A DNA stretch of 64,000 bases from an uncultured Pseudobdellovibrionaceae bacterium. GTDB lineage: Bacteria > Bdellovibrionota > Bdellovibrionia > Bdellovibrionales > UBA1609. Shown piece after piece: positions 35,654 to 45,321 of this stretch (positions within the stretch are counted from its first letter, which is position 1; each line of letters opens with the position of its first letter). The DNA lies in contig CAZVOP010000008.1 of NCBI GenBank assembly GCA_964628445.1, positions 5,376 through 69,375 of the forward strand, written 5' to 3'. A program made the position numbers and the translations under genes. The notes below the pieces were generated by a model. That model did no database searches and was not told the DNA's origin. It saw nothing but the letters and a program-made list of their open reading frames with translations.

Positions 35654-36289
35654 ATGAAAGCTCAAAAGTTCAATCTAACCGTCGGTTCAGCTAAGAGAAC
35701 TTTAATCCTTCAAAGGAAAAGTCTATTTGGAAAAATGGGCATATTTCTTGATCAAGAAAAGTTAGCGGACCTTGCGTCCGTGAAGGAGCTTCGAAAGGGA
35801 CAAGAGTTCACTCTGCAAGACGGTTCAACCTTGGTTTTCAAGATGGTGTCGAACCCCTTTCCCGAATTTCAGATTTCCCATAACGGAAACCCGGTCGAAG
35901 GCTCAGCGAATGACAGCGGGACTCGCATACGTACCGCTTACAATTTAATGGCCTTTATTTGCGCCATCAATTTCTTAATTGGAATTATGGCGATCGCCAT
36001 CAAATCGAAAATGCTTTTAGGTCTTGGTTTTGGGCCCTACAATCTCCTGATCGGAACATGTTTTCTTCTCTGCCTTATTTTTAGCAACTCAAAAAAGAGA
36101 TTCACTCCGCTTGCTTTAGGGCTCCTGATTTTCTCCTTGGATACGGTTTTGGCATTGTACAGTGCCTTTGTGATCCTCCATATGTTTCCAAATCCTGGGA
36201 TACTGATTGTGCGCTTTTTCATAATATGGCCATGGTGGAAGGGCGTTCGAGAGGCGTTGAAAGTTAAGCCTCTGCAGGATCCATCTTGA
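35654..36289 (+). CDS. hypothetical membrane protein
   Basis: The C-terminal half has about 4 hydrophobic helices (LMAFICAINFLIGIMAIAI, LLIGTCFLLCLIF, and others). Confidence 0.55.
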   Translation: MKAQKFNLTVGSAKRTLILQRKSLFGKMGIFLDQEKLADLASVKELRKGQEFTLQDGSTLVFKMVSNPFPEFQISHNGNPVEGSANDSGTRIRTAYNLMAFICAINFLIGIMAIAIKSKMLLGLGFGPYNLLIGTCFLLCLIFSNSKKRFTPLALGLLIFSLDTVLALYSAFVILHMFPNPGILIVRFFIIWPWWKGVREALKVKPLQDPS

Positions 36290-36521
36290 CTTGATAGTTC
36301 ATGATTCGCGATACTTAAGGCGCTGGCAGAGGCTCAGTCATTTTATCTGCCCAGTCATCTTAAAGGAGGTGCCCATGAAAACTCAATTCGTTCATCGTGC
36401 AGCCTCCACTCTCCGCTAGGAATAATTCCAAAGACTATTTCGAAAGCGTTCTCGGCACGGCTGCGCACTTATCAATTCTGCTTCAGCTTTCCTGAAGCAG
36501 CAACCAGCCTAGGAGCTTAAG

Positions 36522-37106
36522 GTGAAATTAAGAAGAAAAGAGGTCGGTCCGCGCCGGCTTGTCCTACGACATCTGCGGTCCGACGATTATGAGTTTTGGT
36601 TTGATGCCTATATAAATTGTTTGCCCGTACAGACCAAATGGGATTTGGGCCCAAGGCCTGCACGCCAGTGTTCAAAAGCGATGTTCAAGAGGATCATGAA
36701 GCGGCATCATGATTTAGCTAAAAACGATGATTATTACTGGTTCGGTGTGTTTGAAAAGAAAAGCGGCGAACTGATCGGACATATTGATTTCGATATCTTT
36801 GTTCGAGGCACTCATCAATTCGCAAATTTTGGATACCGAATTTATAACCGGCATTGGGGCAATGGCTTCGGACGAGAAGCCGCAGCAGCAGGCTTGCGAA
36901 TCGGGTTCAGGCAACTCAAGTTGAACCGATTGGAAGCTGCGATCAATCTCGACAATAGAAAATCCATTCGCCTTGCGAAAGCCATTGGAATGCGGAAAGA
37001 GGGGATCAAGAAGAGGTACTGGTTTGAGTATGGAGGGTGGGTCGACCATCTTATCTATGTGGCCAATCCAGAGGACATCGGACTGAGGCCCCGCAAGCCA
37101 TTCTAA
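36522..37106 (+). CDS. GNAT N-acetyltransferase (RimJ/RimL-like)
   Basis: Carries HWGNGFGREAAAAGLRIGF and RLEAAINLDNRKSIRLAKAIGMRKEG blocks. GTG start after an AGGAG RBS. Confidence 0.85.
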   Translation: MKLRRKEVGPRRLVLRHLRSDDYEFWFDAYINCLPVQTKWDLGPRPARQCSKAMFKRIMKRHHDLAKNDDYYWFGVFEKKSGELIGHIDFDIFVRGTHQFANFGYRIYNRHWGNGFGREAAAAGLRIGFRQLKLNRLEAAINLDNRKSIRLAKAIGMRKEGIKKRYWFEYGGWVDHLIYVANPEDIGLRPRKPF

Positions 37107-37128
37107 AAAGAAACTGCGCTTTTTTCCA

Positions 37129-37152
37129 GCTACCTTCGGCGCCGAAGGTAGC
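37129..37152. repeat. 24-bp perfect palindrome GCTACCTTCGGCGCCGAAGGTAGC (family copy, probable bidirectional terminator)
   Basis: Read directly. It lies between the convergent GNAT and CHAD genes. Confidence 0.9.
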
Positions 37153-37158
37153 CGGGTG

Positions 37159-37914
37159 CTATCGGTAAGAGCTATCAATTTTGCGGGTCACTCTTTGAAG
37201 TGTCGGCCCAGCCAATCGAATCGCTGCGGCGGCGAGAGAGGATCGATCGCGCTTCAGAGTGCGTTTCCTCCCGACGAAATGTTGAAGGGTTTCGAGGTCG
37301 TGTGCCTTTCCCAATAGGCTCTGGACGTCTTTCAACGACTCAACGGGCCTCCCAAGAGCCTCAAGTACGTAGCGTGTTTTCTTAATCGCAATGCGAAATT
37401 TGTGAAGCCGCGCACTGCCATGAAGTCGGCGTTTTTGCCAATGGACGATGCTCTTTCGAAGCGTTCCTAATGCAGAGCCCAGTTCGAGTTCATTTTGTGA
37501 ACGGACATCCTTGATGACGGTTGCCATTTCACGGGACAACTTTTGACGTCTCTTCTCTTTCAAGTGGCGGCGCAGAGATTTTACTTTCACTTTACGTTTT
37601 AATTTCAAGCTCAAAGGATCGATCTCATATTTCTTCGCATCCTTGATCGCCATGTCCAACTCGCGGGCGGCCCCAAGCAAATGACCAAGCTTTCGCAGGC
37701 GCTGATCTAATTTGTCAAAGGGTAGGGGAGGCGAGCTATTTTTTAATATCCACAGAACGGCACGACTGCGGCGAACGGCGATTCGGAGTTGATGCACGTC
37801 AGGCCGGGAAGCGTTGCTAAATACTTTCAGCCCAAGCTCACTCAGTATGACCCGTTGAGCTTTAAAGTATTTGAGCAAGTGGACAGTGCTTCGATTCATA
37901 TCAGAACGGGTCAC
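37159..37914 (-). CDS. CHAD domain protein
   Basis: Repeated HQLRIAVRRSRAVL and HKFRIAIKKTRYVLE motifs are typical of CHAD. Confidence 0.8.
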   Translation of the reverse strand: MTRSDMNRSTVHLLKYFKAQRVILSELGLKVFSNASRPDVHQLRIAVRRSRAVLWILKNSSPPLPFDKLDQRLRKLGHLLGAARELDMAIKDAKKYEIDPLSLKLKRKVKVKSLRRHLKEKRRQKLSREMATVIKDVRSQNELELGSALGTLRKSIVHWQKRRLHGSARLHKFRIAIKKTRYVLEALGRPVESLKDVQSLLGKAHDLETLQHFVGRKRTLKRDRSSLAAAAIRLAGPTLQRVTRKIDSSYR

Positions 37915-37925
37915 GCTGAAGTTTA

Positions 37926-38384
37926 TTACGTTAACGTCCTAGTGACCTGTTCATCGTGGGCCGATTTGGATATCTGACTTAGTGCCTCTTCCACATTGTC
38001 TTTTTCATCATCAGCGAGTTTGGCTCGGGCAAGATCCCCTAGAGATACGACTCCGACCATTCGTTTTTGGCGGTTCAATACAGGTAGCCGTCGGATTTGA
38101 TTTTTACCCATGTTTTGCGTCACGTCCTCAACCGTTTGATCGTCGTAGCAATAAAGCACGTCGTCAGAAATGGTTTCCCTCACATTGGTCTTGTTCGGAT
38201 CCATACCCTTGGCGACGGCGCGGATCGCAATGTCGCGATCTGTGATTACACCGATGAGCCGGTCATTTTCGCCGACCGGCAGAAAGCCGAAATCTCCATC
38301 CGCCATTTTCTTCGCGACCTGGCTCAGAGTCATCTGAGGGTCTGCCAATTCAACATTTTTTGTCATGCATTCTCGAATCTGCAT
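37926..38384 (-). CDS. CBS domain pair protein
   Basis: Two CBS motifs (DFGFLPVGENDRLIGVITDRDI and IRRLPVLNRQKRMVGVVSLGDL). The start at MQIRECM follows an AAGGAG RBS. The ORF track extends it to 38447. Confidence 0.85.
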   Translation of the reverse strand: MQIRECMTKNVELADPQMTLSQVAKKMADGDFGFLPVGENDRLIGVITDRDIAIRAVAKGMDPNKTNVRETISDDVLYCYDDQTVEDVTQNMGKNQIRRLPVLNRQKRMVGVVSLGDLARAKLADDEKDNVEEALSQISKSAHDEQVTRTLT

Positions 38385-38528
38385 AGCGCGCTCCTTTAAG
38401 GTAAAGATATTGGTTGTTGTGTGGAGGGCGCGGTAGGGTTTCCACATGTAAAACGAAAATCTTGTGATTCATAATTCCGCTCCTCAACGCCCTTTAGGTA
38501 TAGCAAAAGAGATGCCCGCATTTAGTTT

Positions 38529-38546
38529 GCCTTCGGCGCCGAGGGT
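38529..38546. repeat. imperfect copy of the palindrome family (GCCTTCGGCGCCGAGGGT)
   Basis: Read directly, in a divergent intergenic region. Confidence 0.7.
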
Positions 38547-38628
38547 GCATCGGGACTGAACTTTGCATCAACAGCCGCCGTTGCATGAGTGGGCCTTCGG
38601 GGACCGGCCCATCTAAGCAGGAGGAATT

Positions 38629-39636
38629 TTGGTTGGAAAACACGCGCGTAATAATGCCTCGCGCTCAAGGGCAGCCGTGCGAAGCAAGCATGTAGACTGG
38701 CCGGCACTGGATTATGATCTATGGAAAGAAACTTACCAAACACTGCATCGATGGATTCAAATCATTGGTAAACTTCGAACCTGCAAAAGCGAATGGGTCA
38801 ATCACTCCTGGAATTCGACTTTTTATTTAACTCCTTATGGGCTGACCACTTCGGCAATTGCCGACGGCGCTCGAAGTTTCTCTGTAGATTTTGATTTCTG
38901 CGCGCACCAATTAATTTTCCAAACAAGCGAAGGGAAAAGGCTTGTTCTTCCGCTTAAGAGCGAGTCGGTTGCTTCGTTTTACAAAAAAGTTATGGGAGCA
39001 CTCGCATATTTTGAGATCGCGGCCGCCTTTGATCCGCATCCGAACGAGCTTCCCGATGCGGTCGCGTTTTTCGAGGATAGAATCCACCAAACTTACGTGC
39101 CCTCACAGGCCTATAATTTCTGGCAGGTCATGGTGAGGATCTCACCAGTCTTTAAACTCTTCAGATCTGATTTTATCGGAAAATGCAGCCCGGTCCACTT
39201 CTTCTGGGGCGGCTTCGATCTGGCGGTCACCCGCTTTTCGGGTCGAACGGCGCCATTACACCCGGGCGGGGTGCCGCACCTTTCCGACAAGATCGTTCGC
39301 GATGCCTATTCTCACGAAGTCAGCAGCTGCGGCTTTTGGCCGGGCAACGAGATTTATCCCCACGCCGCTTTTTACAGCTATGCCTATCCTGAACCCAAAG
39401 GCCTCAAAGATTATCTGATTGAACCTGACTCTGCATTTTACCATCCTGACCTTCAGGAATTCATCCTACCGTACGACCTCGTGCGATCGACCGCTTCGCC
39501 CGAAACTGAGCTGATGCGTTTTTTGAAAACCACCTATCGGGCGGCCGCAGATCTCGGTAAATGGAATCGCGAGGCCCTCGAAGATAGCCCTTATCTTTCT
39601 GAATTGAAGAGCGGTCGATTTATAAACAAAATTTGA
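38629..39636 (+). CDS. DUF5996-like hypothetical protein
   Basis: The W.ETYQTLHRWIQIIGKLR ... NHSWNSTFYLTPYGLTT pattern matches my recollection of DUF5996. The start codon is uncertain. Confidence 0.6.
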   Translation: MVGKHARNNASRSRAAVRSKHVDWPALDYDLWKETYQTLHRWIQIIGKLRTCKSEWVNHSWNSTFYLTPYGLTTSAIADGARSFSVDFDFCAHQLIFQTSEGKRLVLPLKSESVASFYKKVMGALAYFEIAAAFDPHPNELPDAVAFFEDRIHQTYVPSQAYNFWQVMVRISPVFKLFRSDFIGKCSPVHFFWGGFDLAVTRFSGRTAPLHPGGVPHLSDKIVRDAYSHEVSSCGFWPGNEIYPHAAFYSYAYPEPKGLKDYLIEPDSAFYHPDLQEFILPYDLVRSTASPETELMRFLKTTYRAAADLGKWNREALEDSPYLSELKSGRFINKI

Positions 39637-39676
39637 AAAATTACTTAAGATTGTTTTCGGCGCCATGTGGCGTTTA

Positions 39677-40975
39677 TCATTTGGGGTCTTTCGGCAGAAT
39701 CATTTTGCCGCACGCACCGTCCGCGGCCGTTGAATCCCCGAATCGAACTATAGCTACGCCACCAAACGAATCTCTGGATTCCTCGAGAAGATCTTTAACC
39801 TTTTTCCAGTACCGGCTATTGCTCAATGTAAGCGAGCAGAGTGCACTGAATCGCTCCGCATCGGTAAGGTCATGCCCAATACAAAATTCACGACCGCGGC
39901 CGGCTTCACAAAGCTTGATTGCGATATTCAACCAAGATGGGCCGACGTCAACCCCGGTCTTGACCATGAACTTCATTGTTTTCAGGAAGTGCTCACCACG
40001 GAGTACCTCACGCTTGAGAAACTCCGCGCTTGTAATCAAGCCTTCACTGAAATGAACCTCGGCTTCTGACCCGGGCATTGTGCGAGCCGCTCGCAGAAAA
40101 TTTTGTTCGCGGTGGATCATGTCCGATAGCGATTTGTCCAATTCAACGATTTCGACAACAACTCGACCGGCCTCGGTTTTTGCCAATTGGGCGAAGGCCT
40201 CGGATCTTTTTTGGGCGGCGGCCGTTTCACTGGCCACTTTGGCCATTTCCGTCGGATTGAATTCTGTTGGTACCTTAGAGGGCTCACTGTCGAGCTTCAT
40301 CTGTTCACGTCCCATGCGGTCGCTTTCGGTTTTCCAATCCTTGATTCGTTCTTCGAGAAATTTCTTTTGCGCTTCCTCGAAGTCGGGGCTTTTCTTTTGT
40401 TCAAGATCGTTGCTTAGACGATCGGCATTTTGCTTTGCGGCGTCTGTGCGTATCTGCATTCTCTGATTATAATCCTGCTTCCAGTGGTCGTAGTTGGCCT
40501 TGGCATTTTGATTTGCGGCCTGGATGATTTGTTGCTGAAGTTTAGCATCTGAGCTACAGAGCCGTGTGCCGTCGCGGCCACAGCCTAGTCCAAGTGGAAT
40601 AAATCCCGCGTTTCTCGATTGTGGTGCATGGAGACCACGGAACGTTTGCATGGCTGTTCGGCCATCCATTGAAAAATCAATTTCATAGTCAAATTCGCAG
40701 CCCTCGGCCGCAATCTTTGGATCGTAAGCCGCATAGATGGGAGTGGATTTTGAATTTGGGCTCAAGTTGGCGGGAGTGAGTGCTCTCCATTCAAAACCAG
40801 AACTTTCATGAGAAAAGGTAGGGCCGAGCGGTACACTGTTCGCATACAGTTGCACTGGCCAATAGTGACCCTTGGTATGTAGCCGAACAATAACGCGAAT
40901 ATATCCAAGATTGCTTTGAGCTTGGGCACCATTTCCCAAGAGAACGGCCAGTAGGATTCCAACGAAGAATTTCAT
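39677..40975 (-). CDS. hypothetical secreted protein (third gene of a secreted-protein operon)
   Basis: Signal peptide MKFFVGILLAVLLGNGAQA. The ATG overlaps the upstream stop (ATGA). Charged helical middle region. Confidence 0.6.
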   Translation of the reverse strand: MKFFVGILLAVLLGNGAQAQSNLGYIRVIVRLHTKGHYWPVQLYANSVPLGPTFSHESSGFEWRALTPANLSPNSKSTPIYAAYDPKIAAEGCEFDYEIDFSMDGRTAMQTFRGLHAPQSRNAGFIPLGLGCGRDGTRLCSSDAKLQQQIIQAANQNAKANYDHWKQDYNQRMQIRTDAAKQNADRLSNDLEQKKSPDFEEAQKKFLEERIKDWKTESDRMGREQMKLDSEPSKVPTEFNPTEMAKVASETAAAQKRSEAFAQLAKTEAGRVVVEIVELDKSLSDMIHREQNFLRAARTMPGSEAEVHFSEGLITSAEFLKREVLRGEHFLKTMKFMVKTGVDVGPSWLNIAIKLCEAGRGREFCIGHDLTDAERFSALCSLTLSNSRYWKKVKDLLEESRDSFGGVAIVRFGDSTAADGACGKMILPKDPK

Positions 40976-42228
40976 TGTTGCCTCCTTAGGCTGCAGCGCT
41001 GAATCGAACCACTCGCAATGTTCCAAAGATCTTCACCGAAACTTTGAAAATATTCTTGCTCCGACTGCGGTCGGCTGGTCGCTGTATGCTCTAGCCAGGT
41101 ATGAATATCATTTCCAATTCCTTCTGCATCTTTGCGAATGCTTTCGTCCTTCGAGGCGCAATGGCTGAGCCGGCTTTCTTGGCGTTGGAGGGTTTTGACC
41201 AACCGTAGTGAATCTTGGGCCGGATTGCATTGCAGAGAGGCGAGAACAAGCGTGCGTTCATCGACTTCCGACTTAAGCTCTTGCTCCAATGACTGTTGTA
41301 TTATGGAGCCGGACAAAATGATGGCCTGTTTGAGCGCGCTTTGCTGCAAGATCATTTTCTCGCGCGCAAATCTACAAGCACCTTGAGGGTAAGCGATTTG
41401 ATTGGCCCAAGAAGGATTGTGACTGCCGAATTCCGCGAGCATGGCATCGCGGATCGCACTCGCGCGTGCGGCTAGTGCGTCCACGCCTAAATTTTTATGA
41501 ATATCGGTCTTAATCTGGTTTCTCAGTGCGGCCGTGTATTGCAGGTTTTTCGTATTGGCCGCCATTTTGGAGAGGCGAATTTGATCGTTGAGAAAATTAA
41601 TTTTATCGCGCGGAGCTTTGCCTTCGCCGATCAAATAGGGAGGGAGTGTGCGCAAGTAGATGGCGATCGAACTTTTCACTCCGGCGGGAAGCGCGTCATT
41701 GTCTTTAAGCTTGATGAGTTCGCCGAGCTTTCCTTGGCGGGAAGAGTCGTGCAACTTATCCCAGTTTTCTTCCAAGTCCGCCTTGAGCGTTTGTTCACTG
41801 CTCAGTTGGGTGTCGATATCGCGCAATTGGGCATTGTTTTCCGAGCTGCCCTGATTGGGGATGGACCGCATTTTGGTGAGTGTATTTTCGAGTGAATGCA
41901 AGCGCACGTCGATCATGGCTTCGGCCTTGTGAACGGGCTTCAAAATCTCATCCATCGTCAATGCGCGCATGATGGCGTCGAGATTGGCCAATTCCTGTTC
42001 TTGTGCCGCGAGCGCGGCTTTCGCCGCTTGGCAGTTCTGTTCTTTTTTCGCTTGCGAAACTTTTAGGCGGTCTTCGAAGTCGTCCGGGTCCTCATTAGCT
42101 CCGGGACTTAAAATCTCGGAATCCCCGGCGCGACAATTCGAAATGAGCTGATTCAGCGATGCTGCCTCGGCGGGATGTGTCTGTATAGTCGAAATGAATA
42201 GGACGATCCAAATTGCGCGCATTTTCAA
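40972..42228 (-). CDS. hypothetical secreted coiled-coil-like protein
   Basis: Signal peptide M(K)MRAIWIVLFISTIQTHPAEA. Start is TTG 42228 or ATG 42222, 1 nt after the upstream stop. Confidence 0.6.
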   Translation of the reverse strand: MKMRAIWIVLFISTIQTHPAEAASLNQLISNCRAGDSEILSPGANEDPDDFEDRLKVSQAKKEQNCQAAKAALAAQEQELANLDAIMRALTMDEILKPVHKAEAMIDVRLHSLENTLTKMRSIPNQGSSENNAQLRDIDTQLSSEQTLKADLEENWDKLHDSSRQGKLGELIKLKDNDALPAGVKSSIAIYLRTLPPYLIGEGKAPRDKINFLNDQIRLSKMAANTKNLQYTAALRNQIKTDIHKNLGVDALAARASAIRDAMLAEFGSHNPSWANQIAYPQGACRFAREKMILQQSALKQAIILSGSIIQQSLEQELKSEVDERTLVLASLQCNPAQDSLRLVKTLQRQESRLSHCASKDESIRKDAEGIGNDIHTWLEHTATSRPQSEQEYFQSFGEDLWNIASGSIQRCSLRRQQ

Positions 42229-42229
42229 C

Positions 42230-44209
42230 TCAGTTTGGTATGCTTGGTAAATTGTCCAATGAGGTCATGAAACGTTCGTAAGTATCGGCAATGACATTTT
42301 TTAAATTTGCCCTGAATGCAATGTTGGCTCCTGCTTCACCGTTGAGACCTTCCAAAGCATCCATGACGAGTTGAACCAATTTGTCGTCATTCACATCCCG
42401 TTTTTCGACGACATGAGTGATCAGTGCGATAAAGGATTTCTGTGCCGAGGTCGAACTATGCAATATTTTTTGCAAGTCGCGTAAAGCGCTCAGTGTTTTT
42501 CGAGCAGAAGATTGCAGAAGGTTAATGGAATATACGGCTTCTTCATAAGACGTATTGTCCTTGAGATGGCTAATGGACTCTTCAAGGGAGCGCTTGAATC
42601 CCGAAGCGTCGGCTTGCACGAGCGCGTGGTAACCTTGCAGCAAAGGCTGGCGAGGATCGTTCGACGCCATACGGTCGACAAATTTCCACAGATCTTCGAT
42701 TTTTTTCTTAGCTTCACGTTCAAGGCTGTTAATCTGACTGTCCAAAAAGTTAGTTATGGACGAATTCAGTCTCTGGCGGTCTTTGAGTAGGGCCTGCCAT
42801 TGTTCCCGCAACTCTTGCGCGTCGGCGGCCCCTAGTCCGCGAACTTGCATAATCGAAATGACCAATTGTTCGAGGTCTTGTGCGTCTCGCGGAAGAGACT
42901 CACGCAATTCGAGTAGCTTCAAAGCTTTGATATCCAAATCCTTAGCCTCCGCCAATGTCGAGCGCACAATAGTTTCAGTCGCACGGAAAGCCTGGGCTCC
43001 TGTCAAATGCTGAACTTCATTGCTCAACCGAATGAGATCGGATTTCTGAAGCAAAATGCCGCTCGGAAAAAGGGATATGTATTTTAGGTCGCTCAGTTGA
43101 GTGAAGTGCGCAACGTTCTTATCGGCCATGGATTGGAAATCTTCGGGAAATATTTTTGCCAAACTCTGCAAAGCCTTGAGCCGGCGAGTTTGAGCGAAGA
43201 AGTCGATCGTGGATTCCAAATTGGAAGAGTTCACGAGTTCACTGATCTGCACCTTGTCATTCGCAGCCACTTCCACGCGGCCGCTTTTCACCGCTAAGCG
43301 ATAGAGCTCCAGTAAAATTTGTAGTTGAACGCGTGTGAGGGAATCAATGGTCTTCTTCTCTCCTACTCCTTTTTGGAGGATATTTTTAACGAGGTGTAAG
43401 TTCTGGTTCAACTCGTTGATCTTGTTGTCAATGCTGCTTTGCTTTGATTCATCGGCGTCGTCGATTGTAGGGCAGGTTAATTTCCCCCGTTTATTCGCAT
43501 CGCTCCCAAGCGCTTTCAAGTTTTCCACGGAGGAGATTTTAACTTCCTTGGGGTCGATCGCGCACGCGGGCGAAACCTTATTGATGAATTTCTCCTCGTA
43601 CCCGTGGGAAGGATCACGGCAAAGTTTGAAGTCTTTCACGCCGCATTTTTCCGAGTTGACATACTGGCTAGCCGTGATTCTCACGGAGACGATGCACTTG
43701 ATGTTATGCCAGTTGGCTTGGCCTTCATAGAGGCCGTTAAAGTGACTACGCTCATTGTCGTACACGTCGAATTTTGAGGGATCTAAGCTAGCAATATGAT
43801 TGAGGAGGGCCGCTTCCTCGGATGGGTTCGTAGATTTTTCCTTCCAGTAGTCCCAATACTCTTGAAGGGAGGCAATCTCTGCCAATTTATTTTTGATTTG
43901 GGGGTTAGTGGCCAAAGCCGTTGCGCAATAGGGACCGGCATTTGAGCTTCTTGGATTTTGTTCATTCACATGCCAATCGAATGTGTAGTCCCGGACGTCC
44001 AAAGGACGGACAATATTACACCAATTGTACTTTTCAGGTCCACAAGCTTTGGTTCGTAATTCCCTAAAGTTCTTGCCGTGCTGAGGGGATTCGCAAGAAG
44101 TGTAAGGCTGATAAATAACCGTAGATTGGCAGTTTGCCAGGGATTCGGCGGCCGCGTGCGCGCCGGCAAACAAAATAGAGCATAAAGCCAGTAAATGGAT
44201 GCTGTTCAT
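42230..44209 (-). CDS. hypothetical large secreted protein (Cys-rich N-terminal region, helical C-terminal region)
   Basis: The start is chosen at MNSIHLLALCSILFAGAHA (signal peptide). The ORF track extends it to 44308. Confidence 0.6.
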   Translation of the reverse strand: MNSIHLLALCSILFAGAHAAAESLANCQSTVIYQPYTSCESPQHGKNFRELRTKACGPEKYNWCNIVRPLDVRDYTFDWHVNEQNPRSSNAGPYCATALATNPQIKNKLAEIASLQEYWDYWKEKSTNPSEEAALLNHIASLDPSKFDVYDNERSHFNGLYEGQANWHNIKCIVSVRITASQYVNSEKCGVKDFKLCRDPSHGYEEKFINKVSPACAIDPKEVKISSVENLKALGSDANKRGKLTCPTIDDADESKQSSIDNKINELNQNLHLVKNILQKGVGEKKTIDSLTRVQLQILLELYRLAVKSGRVEVAANDKVQISELVNSSNLESTIDFFAQTRRLKALQSLAKIFPEDFQSMADKNVAHFTQLSDLKYISLFPSGILLQKSDLIRLSNEVQHLTGAQAFRATETIVRSTLAEAKDLDIKALKLLELRESLPRDAQDLEQLVISIMQVRGLGAADAQELREQWQALLKDRQRLNSSITNFLDSQINSLEREAKKKIEDLWKFVDRMASNDPRQPLLQGYHALVQADASGFKRSLEESISHLKDNTSYEEAVYSINLLQSSARKTLSALRDLQKILHSSTSAQKSFIALITHVVEKRDVNDDKLVQLVMDALEGLNGEAGANIAFRANLKNVIADTYERFMTSLDNLPSIPN

Positions 44210-44348
44210 ACGGTCTCCTCGGATCTGCCAGATATGCATGTGGTATGCCAGTCGTCCGACACGTGAAATCAATTCTAATTTATAAACAAAATATGAATAA
44301 ACCACCATGGGGCAGTGGGCAGTGCAGTGACTAGCCTTGAACTAAAAC

Positions 44349-45242
44349 TCACTTCAAAATTCCCAATTTGCAGGCGGCGGTTCTCCAGGGTGAATCGTCG
44401 CCGGTGCATTCGCTGGGCTTCTCGGGTGGCGGCTTCTGTGAAGTTTGCACCGCTGAATCTTCGCTCCGGCGGTGTCGAAGCCGGTGACGTATGTGCCGCC
44501 GGCTGGAACTGCGGCGCGAAATCCGATGTCGATGTCTGCGATGGCTCGAGCGGACAGTTGGCTTTTCGGGCTCACTGTCCTTTAAATCTTTAGCTTTTGA
44601 GGTCGGGTCTGGAGGAGGCTCTTCGCTCAGCTTCTTTTTGTTTTCGGGTTTTGCAAGCGCTGCCGGATTTTGTATTGCCCCTTCGGGATCCATCACTTGC
44701 ACAATATCGGAGGCAACGACTCGGGGAGGCCCGCCGAACACCAAATCGACGACGGGAACAAACTTCCGGCCATCCTCTTTGTAGCCAATTCGGCTTAAGG
44801 TGCAAGGCGTTCCGGGGCCGGAGTCCACAATCGCCAAAGGAAACCAAAGGCCTTTTTCAACACTTGGGGTGGCGGAATTTTCCGTAGCGTAAGTTGTTTG
44901 AACTGAGAAATGCCAATTTTGAATAACAACGGTGACCTTCGTGAAAACGGAGAGATCAAAAGTTGTGGCTTTGGGGAAAATGCCGATTTCGACTTGATCG
45001 CGTTGATGCAAAACGGATTCAATTGCCGAGCCTCGGGCTTTCAAGTTCTCAGTGAGTTTCTGAATATTGAAATCGATGTGAGTGGCAACTTGATTGTTGA
45101 GTTGCGCCTGTGTCATGTCACAGCGAATTGCTTTTGATCTTAGATACGGATTCAGCCAATCCGGTTCAACGGCAAAAGCGTTCACCGAAAAGAAAAATAG
45201 TGGAGCCAGGATCTTTAATTTCATCCACGACAACTTAAACAA
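44349..45242 (-). CDS. hypothetical secreted protein with an Arg/His/Ser-rich C-terminal tail
   Basis: Signal-like LKILAPLFFFSVNAFA. The tail reads SSHRRHRHRISRRSSSRRHIRHRLRHRR. Confidence 0.5.
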   Translation of the reverse strand: MFKLSWMKLKILAPLFFFSVNAFAVEPDWLNPYLRSKAIRCDMTQAQLNNQVATHIDFNIQKLTENLKARGSAIESVLHQRDQVEIGIFPKATTFDLSVFTKVTVVIQNWHFSVQTTYATENSATPSVEKGLWFPLAIVDSGPGTPCTLSRIGYKEDGRKFVPVVDLVFGGPPRVVASDIVQVMDPEGAIQNPAALAKPENKKKLSEEPPPDPTSKAKDLKDSEPEKPTVRSSHRRHRHRISRRSSSRRHIRHRLRHRRSEDSAVQTSQKPPPEKPSECTGDDSPWRTAACKLGILK

Positions 45243-45321
45243 AAATTAACTGGAGGCAACGTCGGGGCGCCCCGTATTTAAAGAATGCGCAATAAATTCA
45301 GGATTGGTTCCATATTTGTTC

